A DNA stretch of 64,000 nucleotides from an uncultured Clostridia bacterium. GTDB taxonomy: Bacteria; Bacillota; Clostridia; Christensenellales; Borkfalkiaceae. Positions 19,225-28,899 of the stretch are shown in pieces. A program made the translations under genes and the position numbers. The stretch is taken from positions 6,685 through 70,684 of the forward strand of contig CALVWQ010000008.1 in NCBI GenBank assembly GCA_944367535.1, in the 5' to 3' direction. Each line of letters begins with the position of its first letter. The first letter of the stretch is position 1. The notes under the pieces are model-generated. The model searched no databases. It was not told the DNA's origin and saw nothing but the letters and a program-made list of their open reading frames with translations.

Positions 19225-20001
19225 ATGAATAAAATACGATTTACATTTTTAGGAACCGGAGCAGCCGACTATCCCGAGGATTTCGGAATGGCGAAAAACA
19301 AATTCGATAAAGATGTTCGCCGCGCCTCGTGCGTCTTGATAAATAATCAATTTTTAATCGACTGCGGGCCTCACGTCCTTGAAAGCCTTAAAATAAAAAG
19401 CTGTTCTCCATACAAAAATACCAAAATATTTATAACGCATACGCATAGCGACCACTATAACCAAAAAAACATTGAAGACATTGTAAAAAAAGCGCACTTT
19501 CCCGTAAAAATATGGTGCAGACGGGACGCATCAATAATAAAAATATCCGATACAGAGATTATAAGAATGACCGAGGGCAAAAAGTATTTTTTCGGGGACG
19601 GTTTTTCGGTTATCGCAACAGACGCCAATCACGACGAAAAATCTTTTCCGCAACACTATTTTTTTAATTTTTCAGGAAAAAAATTTTTTTACGCCTGCGA
19701 CGGAGCATGGTTTCTGACCCGTTCTTACTATCTTATTAAAGACGCGGAACTCGATATGATAGTTTTCGATACGACGTGCGGCGACTACCTCGGGGATTAC
19801 AGAATGGCGGAACATAACAGCATACCGATGATACGCAATATGTTGCCTTCATTAAGAACAATAAACGCCGTTACAAGTAAAACAAAGATTTTTTTATCGC
19901 ATATAGCGCCTTCTTTACATAAATCACATAAGGAAACTTGCAGAATTGTTAAACAAGACGGCATGATTCCCGCGTATGACGGACTTGACGTTTTCTTATG
20001 A
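19225..20001 (+). CDS. MBL-fold metallo-hydrolase (PhnP/beta-lactamase superfamily)
   Basis: HxHxDH motif ITHTHSDHY and a later ATDANHD. I prefer the ATG at 19225 (MNKIRFTFLGTGAA) over 19216 because AAAGGAAAA is better spaced from it. The gene and its flanks are visibly A/T-rich. Confidence 0.7.
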   Translation: MNKIRFTFLGTGAADYPEDFGMAKNKFDKDVRRASCVLINNQFLIDCGPHVLESLKIKSCSPYKNTKIFITHTHSDHYNQKNIEDIVKKAHFPVKIWCRRDASIIKISDTEIIRMTEGKKYFFGDGFSVIATDANHDEKSFPQHYFFNFSGKKFFYACDGAWFLTRSYYLIKDAELDMIVFDTTCGDYLGDYRMAEHNSIPMIRNMLPSLRTINAVTSKTKIFLSHIAPSLHKSHKETCRIVKQDGMIPAYDGLDVFL

Positions 20002-20317
20002 ATCGTATCTTTTATTTATAATATCGACACGGTTTTTACCGATAAAATAGAAAAAGAAACCAAATCTGCGCTTTATATGCGCATATACCCATATGTGCAC
20101 TACAAATTAAAACACGACAAATTAAAAAGAATTTTTAAATAAAAAGGTAATTTAACAGAAGTTTTAAATTTTTACGTTTTTTTTGACAAATTGAGAAAAT
20201 ATCAAAATCATTGAAAATAATATTTTTATTATATATAATATTCTGTAATTTTATATTTTAAAATTATCTTTTATAATCTATATTATTTTAATCTGGTTTA
20301 CCTTATAAATAAAAAAA

Positions 20318-20393
20318 TACGGATATCGGAATCCGTAAAGTTATTTAGCAGATTATTAAAATAACTTTTCAAAACGAGATTCCGATATCCGTA
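20318..20393 (-). terminator. Long compound hairpin terminator after the AEC permease gene
   Basis: 16-bp perfect arms tacggatatcggaatc (20318-20333) and gattccgatatccgta (20378-20393) enclose a nested 9-bp inverted repeat aagttattt / aaataactt. A7 lies before and T5 after the structure. It starts 8 nt from the stop at 20401. Confidence 0.65.
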
Positions 20394-20400
20394 AAATTTT

Positions 20401-21390
20401 TCACCCTACAACCGCGCCGAAAAGAAGATAAAGAAGCGGTATCGTAATAACGGAAAGCATTGTCGATAACAACGCCATGACCGAAGCCGAATCTCCGTCG
20501 CCGCCGAACTGCACGGCAAAAAGCGTTACACTCGCCGCCGTCGGCATGGACAGTAGAAAGAACACCGTATATTTAATTTCTATCGACACGGGCAAAAACG
20601 CCACACCGAGAATACATACAAGCGGCATCAGTATAAGCTTTGCAGCAGACGAAAAATACGCGTATTTATCGAGGAACAGATTTTTGACATTAATATTTGC
20701 AAGCCGTATTCCGATCACTATCATTGAAAGCGGCGTTACCATATTACTTAAAAATCCGAGACTGTCCATAAGTTTTGTCAGAATTTTATCTGTTACAGAG
20801 CCCTCCGGCGCGACGTCTACTATCGGAACGCGAACGGTTATAAATAATATAAAACCCAAAAGCAACGAAATGATAACGGGATTAAGCACGATTTTTTTTA
20901 CGGAAACGCTCGACCTTTCTCCCGTCATGATATAAACTCCGAAGGTCCAATTTAAAATATTGAAAACGGCAAGTATTATGGCTCCGTAAATAAGAATCTC
21001 GCCGAGAGAATCCGTTCCCGCGAAAACAGACTGTAAAAAAGGCAGTCCCATAAATCCGCAATTAGAAAAAACGGAAGCATACCTCAAACATTTTAATTTC
21101 GCGGTAAGTTCGCGTTTTGCAGTCAACAGAAACATAATACCGATCATTATCAGATGCACCGCCGCGGATATTGCCGCGACGATAAGCATATTTACGGCGA
21201 TTTCCGCCTTGAATTCGCTTTGAAAACTCGTAAATACAAGCGCGCACTGACAACCGTACAGCACCACGACCGACAGTGCTTCGCTCGCCTTTTCGGGCAG
21301 CATTTTACATTTCGCGAATATAAATCCCGGCACCGCAAGTATTACAAGCGAAAAAACAGTTATAAGCACGTCAAGAAAACCGATTTCCAT
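20401..21390 (-). CDS. AEC-family (auxin efflux carrier-like) permease
   Basis: 329 aa, about 10 hydrophobic segments, and a typical AEC size and two-half layout. Confidence 0.65.
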   Translation of the reverse strand: MEIGFLDVLITVFSLVILAVPGFIFAKCKMLPEKASEALSVVVLYGCQCALVFTSFQSEFKAEIAVNMLIVAAISAAVHLIMIGIMFLLTAKRELTAKLKCLRYASVFSNCGFMGLPFLQSVFAGTDSLGEILIYGAIILAVFNILNWTFGVYIMTGERSSVSVKKIVLNPVIISLLLGFILFITVRVPIVDVAPEGSVTDKILTKLMDSLGFLSNMVTPLSMIVIGIRLANINVKNLFLDKYAYFSSAAKLILMPLVCILGVAFLPVSIEIKYTVFFLLSMPTAASVTLFAVQFGGDGDSASVMALLSTMLSVITIPLLYLLFGAVVG

Positions 21391-21396
21391 AGTTAT

Positions 21397-22119
21397 CTAT
21401 TTCCTTTTTCCTTCAAGATATTCCGCTCTCGCGCTCCTGTAATGAACATCGTCTTTAATAAGTTCCGCCTTTCCGCTTCTTATATATGAAACAAGCGAAA
21501 CTTCATCGTTTATATTTTCATCGACAATCAATCCACCGGTAACGGGCTGCCCGAAATGATGATAATCGGTTCCCGACATCTCCGTAAGACCGTTTTTTCG
21601 GCAAAATTCCGCGGCGAGTTCGTTCCGTTCTTCGTGGTGATAATGCCCGTTGAAAGCCTCCGCGCCGTGCATATACGCGGGGTCTCCGAGTTCTATGCCG
21701 TCTCTGAACGGGTGCGCCTGATACATGAAGACTCCGTTTTTGTCCGCAAGACGGAAAAGTTCACGCTGGGTAAACGTAAATAACGGAGGGTTATCATACA
21801 AAAATTTTTTATCGAAACCGTAAAGAATATACTCGGCATAACCGTGTTCCGTGCGCACGCATACCTCCGCGCCGATAAAGAGTTTCAACCCGTACTCTTC
21901 ACAGCATTTTTTCATTATATCGCCGAGCGAAAAATAATAATCGAGTTTTTCCTTTTTACTTTCGCCAGGGTAATTATTAAAGTGCGCGGCGGCATAATGA
22001 TTAGTAAGCACAATACCGCCGTATCCGTATTCGGAATATACCCGTGCTATTTTTTCGGGAGCGGTGGTCGCGCAGTTGCTCGACCCCAAAGAATGACAAT
22101 GAGTTTCGATTTTAATCAT
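21397..22119 (-). CDS. PHP-domain metal-dependent phosphoesterase
   Basis: 240 aa. N-terminal IETHCHS, with later HPFRD and GTDYHH histidine clusters typical of PHP. Confidence 0.7.
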   Translation of the reverse strand: MIKIETHCHSLGSSNCATTAPEKIARVYSEYGYGGIVLTNHYAAAHFNNYPGESKKEKLDYYFSLGDIMKKCCEEYGLKLFIGAEVCVRTEHGYAEYILYGFDKKFLYDNPPLFTFTQRELFRLADKNGVFMYQAHPFRDGIELGDPAYMHGAEAFNGHYHHEERNELAAEFCRKNGLTEMSGTDYHHFGQPVTGGLIVDENINDEVSLVSYIRSGKAELIKDDVHYRSARAEYLEGKRK

Positions 22120-22712
22120 AAGTATTTTTTCAATTCCTCATACACAGGTTCCGACTGAAAACCTTTATTTGCGGCAAGATATACCGCAGCAGTATCAAAA
22201 CGCGCGTCATGAAAACCTTTACACCTGGAAAACAGTTTTTCCGACGCGCCCTTTACGTCTCTTTCCGTCAGATAAAAATATCCGCAAAGCTCCGTAAGCG
22301 ACGGATATTTATATCCGTTACCCGAACGCTTTAACAGTTTGCAGACGGGCGTGGATTTTTTCATAGTACAAAAAGAATCTCGCACATAAAAATCTTTGCC
22401 TGTACGCGCAAACTCCGCACGCATGAACATAAAATCAAAGGCGGTATTATGAGACACGACAATGTCTGCCGCAGTGAAGTCGCGCTCTATCTCGTCCGCA
22501 AAATCGGCAAAACATTTCCCGCCCGAAAGCTTTTCTAGTTTAGGGACGGACAAGCCGTGAACGGCAAGTGCCCCGTATTCAACATAATCCACGGAAAAGA
22601 ACATGTTCCGCGCCTTGCAACTTTCTTTGTCCTGCATTATGTAAGATAACTGGCAGATGCTCCCAGGCACAAGTCCCGTGGTTTCAGTATCGAAATATAA
22701 AATCATAACCAA
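22116..22712 (-). CDS. DEDDh-type 3'-5' exonuclease (DnaQ/ExoX-like)
   Basis: 198 aa. Exo I YFDTETTGL, Exo II SHNTAFDFMF, Exo III GFHDARFDT. 4-nt overlap with the PHP gene. Confidence 0.8.
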   Translation of the reverse strand: MVMILYFDTETTGLVPGSICQLSYIMQDKESCKARNMFFSVDYVEYGALAVHGLSVPKLEKLSGGKCFADFADEIERDFTAADIVVSHNTAFDFMFMRAEFARTGKDFYVRDSFCTMKKSTPVCKLLKRSGNGYKYPSLTELCGYFYLTERDVKGASEKLFSRCKGFHDARFDTAAVYLAANKGFQSEPVYEELKKYL

Positions 22713-22719
22713 AATTTAC

Positions 22720-22753
22720 AAAAGGGGCAAAACGCAAACGTTTTGCCCCTTTT
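22720..22753 (-). terminator. Rho-independent terminator after the foldase-like lipoprotein gene
   Basis: aaaaggggcaaaacg-caaa-cgttttgcccctttt, a 15-bp stem with T-rich tails on both strands. Confidence 0.75.
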
Positions 22754-22769
22754 ATTCATAGTGAAACCG

Positions 22770-24695
22770 TTAGCCCAAAAGGTCGGCATACACGCTTTCG
22801 TATATCTTAACGCAATCCTTCGTTTCATAACGGTATTTATTCACAATCGCATTCTGATTTTTGGTCTGCGCATTGGAAACCGCCGTAGATATAACGCTGT
22901 CGGTCAGAAGGTACAGATAGTTATCGGTATCTTCAAAATCGTCATAAGTTTCAATCATATTGTTGAAATATTCCGTCCAGTCTGCCGCACCGTTTTTATC
23001 AATTCCGAGAGTATCGAGATAACCCTGCAACGTTTCATAATCAGGATTTACCGAAAGCACTTCCGAATAAAACATAATATGATAACCGTAATCGGACGCG
23101 ACAATAATATAGCTGTCTTCCTGAACTTCGAGGAGCTTCCTGCCTGCGGCGGCAAAAGTATCAACGTATTCTTCGGTGTTTGACCCGTCGACCGGCGGCT
23201 TGACTATATAGCCCTTACCGCTGTTGAGAGAACCGCTGTCGGTAGAAAACGCAAAAAGCAATTCCTGGATTTTCTCGTCGTATTCCTCGACACCCGAAAG
23301 TTTATAAATCTTATTGTTATACACCGAATCTCCGAGGTCTGTATAAGAAGTCGAATCGTCTATCGTGCCTCCGAGATACCCGTTCATAAAAGTGATAAAT
23401 TCATCAAGGCCGAAAGATTTTACGCTTTCTACTCCGTATTCGGCAACGTAGTCATCTTCTTCCGCCTGTTCGGGATTCAAATGTTTGACAACGCCCTGGA
23501 AAGCCAGACTGTTTGCAGCGTCTTTCGCAAAGGTATAATCGCCTGTAAATTTAAAGATGTTTTCTTCAATCGCTCCGTCATATCCCGACGCTATCCAAGA
23601 CGAACGCAAGTCGCTTATTACGGTGTTTGCAAGTATATCCTTTCTGGCGGTAGCATAGTCGGCGTCGGAAATATTGGGGTTGTCCGTCTTTATTTCGCTG
23701 ATCGCCGTTTCCTGATAGTCGTTTACTCCGAGAAGAAGATTATAAACGTACCCGTAACCTTCCAGCCCGCAATAAAGTATAGGCTCGGTAGCTGTCGTAT
23801 TGGAAAGCGCTTCTATAAATTCCGTGTTGCTCCAATTAACCTGTTTATTGTAAATCTCGGAGTATTTTTCGGCAATATCGTCGAAAGTATAAGTTTTTCT
23901 CGCCTCGTCAATCACTTTTTCGTTATATGCCGTAAGCAGTTCGTTCTCGTAATACGATTCGAGAGTCTGTTTATAATAATCGGTAGTTTTAAGGTCTCCG
24001 TCCCTGTAATCTCCCAAAAGGCTGTTGTTCTGCAAAAGTTTCACTACGTCGTTAAACGCTTTGCGGCGGTAGTCTTCGTTCATATTGGAAAGGAGAAGAT
24101 TTGTCTTTGCGTTATCGGCACGGACGTATTCTTCCTTTTCGGCTTTTGTAACTTCCTTTTCGGCATTGGCGGCATCGGTCGGAACCGTTCTCACTTCTCC
24201 GATAACCGAATCGCCCTTTTTATCGGTGCTGCCGTCGTCGGTATAGCTGTCAAGAAGGTCATTCATGGATTTAAGTGTTTCGTATTTCGCGTTTAAAATC
24301 TGTTCCGCGTCCAGATAAGCCGCAACGGGATACTCGGAATAATTTTCCAAATCTTTTCCGTCAGCATCTTTGGCATTTACTTTTTCGGACTCCATGACCG
24401 CATTCTGAACGAGAATCCTGTTATTCACGAGACTGTCGAGAATAAGCGTAAAAGTCTGCGCCTGCGTATAATTATAGTATTGGACGTACATATTACCGTA
24501 ATTGAGATACGCCATAATCATGTCGCTCTTTTTAATCTCGTCGCGCTTCTCCGCACCGGTAATCTGCACTGTCGCCACTATCTGATTCATGTCGCGCTCT
24601 ATGTCGGTAGTAACCAGATTACAACCCGAAAAAACCGACATCGACATAATAACAGCCATGACCGCGCTCGCGAATGCAAGTAATCTTTTCTTCAT
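22770..24695 (-). CDS. Large lipoprotein with a C-terminal parvulin-like (PrsA/SurA-type) segment
   Basis: 641 aa. Signal peptide with lipobox: MKKRLLAFASAVMAVIMSMSVFSGC. The C-terminal block SYIIVASDYGYHIMFYSEV resembles a PpiC-type core. Sits downstream of mfd, as foldase genes do in many Firmicutes. Confidence 0.5.
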   Translation of the reverse strand: MKKRLLAFASAVMAVIMSMSVFSGCNLVTTDIERDMNQIVATVQITGAEKRDEIKKSDMIMAYLNYGNMYVQYYNYTQAQTFTLILDSLVNNRILVQNAVMESEKVNAKDADGKDLENYSEYPVAAYLDAEQILNAKYETLKSMNDLLDSYTDDGSTDKKGDSVIGEVRTVPTDAANAEKEVTKAEKEEYVRADNAKTNLLLSNMNEDYRRKAFNDVVKLLQNNSLLGDYRDGDLKTTDYYKQTLESYYENELLTAYNEKVIDEARKTYTFDDIAEKYSEIYNKQVNWSNTEFIEALSNTTATEPILYCGLEGYGYVYNLLLGVNDYQETAISEIKTDNPNISDADYATARKDILANTVISDLRSSWIASGYDGAIEENIFKFTGDYTFAKDAANSLAFQGVVKHLNPEQAEEDDYVAEYGVESVKSFGLDEFITFMNGYLGGTIDDSTSYTDLGDSVYNNKIYKLSGVEEYDEKIQELLFAFSTDSGSLNSGKGYIVKPPVDGSNTEEYVDTFAAAGRKLLEVQEDSYIIVASDYGYHIMFYSEVLSVNPDYETLQGYLDTLGIDKNGAADWTEYFNNMIETYDDFEDTDNYLYLLTDSVISTAVSNAQTKNQNAIVNKYRYETKDCVKIYESVYADLLG

Positions 24696-24815
24696 ATATT
24701 TTCACCTGCTCTGTAAGTAGAAATTTTCATTATACCTATTTAGTATATACTATAAGCCCGAAAAATGCAATTAAATTTAGCATCAAAATGGCGTATTTTT
24801 ATTCTCTCCGCCCGA

Positions 24816-27800
24816 TTATTGCGCGGCGGTTTCCAAAAAAGCGCGCATTACGCACAGCATCTGCGCGTTATTTTCGCCATGGCGGACAAATTCGAGTCTG
24901 GGTTTACCAGACATTCCTATAATGATATCGCCCGCATTTTTATCAAGCGCAAACTGCAAATTCTTATCCGCAAACGCCTTAAAATCATCGAAATAAATAC
25001 ACGCTTCGGTCTTGTTTACCGTTACTCCGCAAGCGGATAATTTCATCGCCATACGCTTTACCGCGGAAATATTTATAAGATTTTCCACTTCCGACGGTAA
25101 CTCTCCGTATATCTCCGAGAGCGACTTTTTCAATTCCGCCTCGGAAGACACGGAATCGAGTTCGGCAATTTCCTTATAGGCGTCCATGCGCGAAGTCTTG
25201 CTCTCTATATAGCTATCGGGAATAAACGCCGTTACGCGCACGTCGAGCTCGGGTATTTTTTCTTCCTTGCCCGAAAGTTCTTCACGTAACAGTTTACTGT
25301 ACAGTTCGTATCCGATTTTATCCATATGTCCGTGCTGTTCGGCGCCGAGAATATTACCCGCTCCGCGTATTTCGAGGTCGCGCATGGCTATTTTTATCCC
25401 GCTGCCCATCTCGGTGAATTCGGTTATGGCGTTGAGTCGTTCAAATGCTACGTTACTCAGAATTTTATCTCTTTTAAAGGTAAAATACGCGTAAGCAAGC
25501 CTGTCGCTTCTTCCCACCCTGCCCTTTAACTGATAAAGCGTGGAAAGCCCGAGCCTGTCGGCGTCTATTACTATCAGGCTGTTCGCCTTGGGCAGGTCGA
25601 TTCCGTTTTCTATTATGGTCGTTGAAATAAGCGCGTCGCTTTCACCTCTGTAAAATGCGAGCACATTCCTTTCGAGCGTTTTTTCATCCATTCTGCCGTG
25701 CACGACGGTGATTTTCAGGTCAGGAAGAAGCCTTTGCACCTTTTCGGAAAAAGTAAATATGCTTTCAACCCTGTTGTACAATATAAAAACCTGTCCTCCC
25801 CTGTTCACCTCGCGAGAAACTACGTCTTTTATCAGTGCATCGGTCTCCTCGGTAACATAAGTCTGCACGGGAAGTCTTTTTTTAGGAGGAGTGTTAATGA
25901 CGCTTATTGAGCGGATACCCGAAAGCGACATGTGCAGCGTCCTCGGAATGGGCGTAGCGGTAAGAGTAAGCGCGTCTACGTTCTTTTTTAAAAGTTTGAT
26001 TTTCTCTTTATGTTCTACTCCGAAACGCTGTTCCTCGTCTAGAATAAGGAGTCCGAGGTCCTTAAACCCCACGTCCGAACTTAAAAGCCTGTGAGTGCCT
26101 ATCACGAAATCGGTTTCTCCGCGCTTTAACGAATCAATAATTTTTGTCTGTTCCGCAGAAGTTTTAAATCTGTTTAAACATGCAATTTTTATCCCGAACC
26201 CGGCGAAACGCTTTACGGCGGTATTGTAATGTTGTTCTGTAAGGATAGTCGTAGGCGCGAGCATTGCCGCCTGTTTTCCGTTTTCAATCGCCCTGAAAAC
26301 CGCCCTGAACGCCACTTCGGTCTTTCCGAAACCGACGTCTCCGCATACAAGTCTGTCCATCACGCGTCCGCTCTCCATATCGGCTTTTATCTCTTCGTCT
26401 GCCATTGCCTGGTCGGGCGTCTCTTCAAACGGAAATGCGGCGCCGAAAGCTTCTTCGAGTTCGGTGTCTGAGCGGAAGGCAAAACCAGTAAGTGCATTGC
26501 GTTCGCTGTAAAGTCTTTTTAAATCGAACGACATCCTCTTTATGCTTTCGCGGGCGGCGGCTTTTACCTTTTCAAAGTCCGTCCCTCCGATTTTAGAAAG
26601 GCGCGGATTCTTTTCTCCGCCGAGATACCGCGTGAGAATATCCATTTGTTCCACGGGCACATACAACACGTCTCCGCCGGCATACTCGACCGAAATATAA
26701 TCTTTCGTTCCCTCCGTGGTGGATATTTTTTTGTTGCCCAAAACCCTGCCTATACCGTGTGTTTCGTGCACGCAATAATCGCCGGCGGCGGGAGCGCTGA
26801 AAAATGCCTGCTCCTGCCTTTTAGCCCTGCGTGGCAAAGTGCGTTCTCTCGGTTTCACATAAAGATTGCCGCTGCCGATAACGACGAGTTTTTCCTCGTG
26901 AAAGATAAATCCGCGCGACAGCCTTTCACCAGTTATAGCAACGCCGGAAAGCGGAACCTCTTTATTTACCGACGAGGCAATCCCACGCTCGGAAAGGTCC
27001 AAAGAAAATCTTTCGGAACGCTTCTCATCGCCCGTACAGACAAGAACCGAATATCCGCCTCTAAGCCAATTTTCTATATCCGTATATACTTCCTTGAAAT
27101 CGAGGTGATAATCGGCGACCGCGCTTACAGAAGGATTTATAATGTTGAGAGGATTAAAATAAGGTATAGATGTTGATAAAGCCTGTAACGCCACTACACG
27201 GTAAGACATCAATTCGTCTTTAAGCCATGCGGTATCAAACTGATTGCCGCGCGAAAAATCAAATATCTCGCCTTCTTTCCATAGCGACGCGCACCGCTCG
27301 GAAAACTCACGCGCATAAAGACAGGCGACGTCGTCGACGCGCCGTGCCTCGTCGATGATAACAACAGTATTTTTTGCGAGATGTCCGAAAATACTTCCGC
27401 AATCACAGGAAAGCGAAGCAAGTGCCGACATGTTTTCGGCGTCATAATTATCTATCGCGGTCGAGAGGTCGTCCGCGATGATTTTCTGTCGGGCATAACC
27501 CTGTTCGGGCACGGCAGCAAGGCTGTCGGAAACCGCCCTTTCGAAAACCGAAGGTTCGTCGTCAATAAACACGAATTCAAGAGCCTGAAAAATCTCGCAG
27601 AAATCGATATATCCCAGGTTTTCATGCGTTTCCGGGTCGAATTTTTTGACAGATTCCACAGTGTCTCCGAAAAAATCCACGCGCACGGGCGCTTCCGCAT
27701 TTATTGCAAATACGTCGAGGACATCTCCGCGCACGGCAAAAGTGCCTTTATATTCCGCCGCGTCCGCCCTCTTGTAACCGAGCGCCGCCAACTCTTTCAC

Positions 27801-28226
27801 GCAAGACGCAATTTCCGTTTCGTCCCCCGTTCTTAATATCATACGCCGCACTTTCTCGGTACAAATCTGCAAAAGCGTTTCGGGCGTTACTATTATTACG
27901 TCGGCTTCACGCATTTTACCGAGAGCGGTAATGCGCGCATACAACCCGTCCTTGGAAAAGGCACGCGAGGCAATAAGCGTTTCGTCCTTCGGCGGGATAT
28001 AAACCGCTTTTTTCCCCGAAAATTCGGTTATGTCGCGAGCTGCCGCCGAAGCCGTCAGGGGGTCTCTGACTATATAAAGCACGGGGTCTTCGACGCAGCA
28101 GACGAGAAAACTCTTGAACGCGTCGTTAACGCCGAAAACCGCCGAGGGTATACCCTGGCGGATTGAGTCGACAAATTCTCTCACCGAATTGTCGCGATTT
28201 TTTTTGAGAAATAACTTTTCGAGCAT
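24816..28226 (-). CDS. mfd: Transcription-repair coupling factor
   Basis: About 1136 aa. Blocks: CarD-like GDYCVHETHGIGR, helicase motif I VCGDVGFGKTEVA, DEEQRFG, and QLKGRVGRS. I use the ATG at 28226 (MLEKLF...) because the track start at 28268 overlaps pth. Confidence 0.95.
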   Translation of the reverse strand: MLEKLFLKKNRDNSVREFVDSIRQGIPSAVFGVNDAFKSFLVCCVEDPVLYIVRDPLTASAAARDITEFSGKKAVYIPPKDETLIASRAFSKDGLYARITALGKMREADVIIVTPETLLQICTEKVRRMILRTGDETEIASCVKELAALGYKRADAAEYKGTFAVRGDVLDVFAINAEAPVRVDFFGDTVESVKKFDPETHENLGYIDFCEIFQALEFVFIDDEPSVFERAVSDSLAAVPEQGYARQKIIADDLSTAIDNYDAENMSALASLSCDCGSIFGHLAKNTVVIIDEARRVDDVACLYAREFSERCASLWKEGEIFDFSRGNQFDTAWLKDELMSYRVVALQALSTSIPYFNPLNIINPSVSAVADYHLDFKEVYTDIENWLRGGYSVLVCTGDEKRSERFSLDLSERGIASSVNKEVPLSGVAITGERLSRGFIFHEEKLVVIGSGNLYVKPRERTLPRRAKRQEQAFFSAPAAGDYCVHETHGIGRVLGNKKISTTEGTKDYISVEYAGGDVLYVPVEQMDILTRYLGGEKNPRLSKIGGTDFEKVKAAARESIKRMSFDLKRLYSERNALTGFAFRSDTELEEAFGAAFPFEETPDQAMADEEIKADMESGRVMDRLVCGDVGFGKTEVAFRAVFRAIENGKQAAMLAPTTILTEQHYNTAVKRFAGFGIKIACLNRFKTSAEQTKIIDSLKRGETDFVIGTHRLLSSDVGFKDLGLLILDEEQRFGVEHKEKIKLLKKNVDALTLTATPIPRTLHMSLSGIRSISVINTPPKKRLPVQTYVTEETDALIKDVVSREVNRGGQVFILYNRVESIFTFSEKVQRLLPDLKITVVHGRMDEKTLERNVLAFYRGESDALISTTIIENGIDLPKANSLIVIDADRLGLSTLYQLKGRVGRSDRLAYAYFTFKRDKILSNVAFERLNAITEFTEMGSGIKIAMRDLEIRGAGNILGAEQHGHMDKIGYELYSKLLREELSGKEEKIPELDVRVTAFIPDSYIESKTSRMDAYKEIAELDSVSSEAELKKSLSEIYGELPSEVENLINISAVKRMAMKLSACGVTVNKTEACIYFDDFKAFADKNLQFALDKNAGDIIIGMSGKPRLEFVRHGENNAQMLCVMRAFLETAAQ

Positions 28227-28251
28227 ATAAACCTGCGGACCGCGGTGCCTT

Positions 28252-28833
28252 TCAGTCGTGCACCGCACTGCCGTTATATTGTCCCATGAGCTCCAAAACG
28301 GATTTACCGCCCGCGAACTCCGCAGCCGCTTTGCCGGCGAGCGTAACAGCTCTTTCGAAGAGCGGTTTATCTTCCTTTTTTATTCCTGACAGCACAAACT
28401 CGATGAGCGGAACCATCGTTTCATTCATGGGTCTGAACCCTATACGTATACGGGCAAAATTTTCCGTACCCAATTCCTTCACTATGTTGCGCATGCCGTT
28501 ATGCGTACCCGCCGAACCGTTTTGCCTGATACGGAGCACGCCTGCTTTAAGATCATAATCGTCGTAAATTACAAGAAGATTATTTGTGCTTACCTTAAAA
28601 TAATTTATTAGTTCTCTCACGCTTTCGCCCGAAAGATTCATATACGTCAAGGGTTTTGCTATTATGACTTTTTCTCCGCCGACATGTGTTTCGGCAAGCA
28701 TGGCACGGCATTTTTTCGTACAGAACTCCGCGCCGAGTTTTTCCGCCGCCGCATCTGCCGCCATAAATCCCAGATTATGAAAGGTATTCTTATATTCTGC
28801 ATCGGGATTTCCGAGCCCTACGATAATTTTCAT
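28252..28833 (-). CDS. pth: Peptidyl-tRNA hydrolase
   Basis: 193 aa. MKIIVGLGNPDAEYKNTFHNLGF and GTHNGMRN are canonical Pth blocks. Confidence 0.95.
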   Translation of the reverse strand: MKIIVGLGNPDAEYKNTFHNLGFMAADAAAEKLGAEFCTKKCRAMLAETHVGGEKVIIAKPLTYMNLSGESVRELINYFKVSTNNLLVIYDDYDLKAGVLRIRQNGSAGTHNGMRNIVKELGTENFARIRIGFRPMNETMVPLIEFVLSGIKKEDKPLFERAVTLAGKAAAEFAGGKSVLELMGQYNGSAVHD

Positions 28834-28861
28834 AAAAGCACCTGAATAACTTTTTTATGTC

Positions 28862-28890
28862 AAAAAAGCCGTTATAAAACGGCTTTTTTT
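28862..28890 (-). terminator. Rho-independent terminator after prs
   Basis: aaaaaagccgtt-ataa-aacggcttttttt. It is symmetric, so it could work in either direction. Confidence 0.7.
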
Positions 28891-28899
28891 ATTTTTGTT

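Noticed and set aside
28227-28268. N-terminal extension of mfd given by the track (MRCTTERHRGPQVY...).
   Set aside because: It uses a non-ATG start that overlaps the pth coding end. The ATG at 28226 gives a normal Mfd N-terminus.
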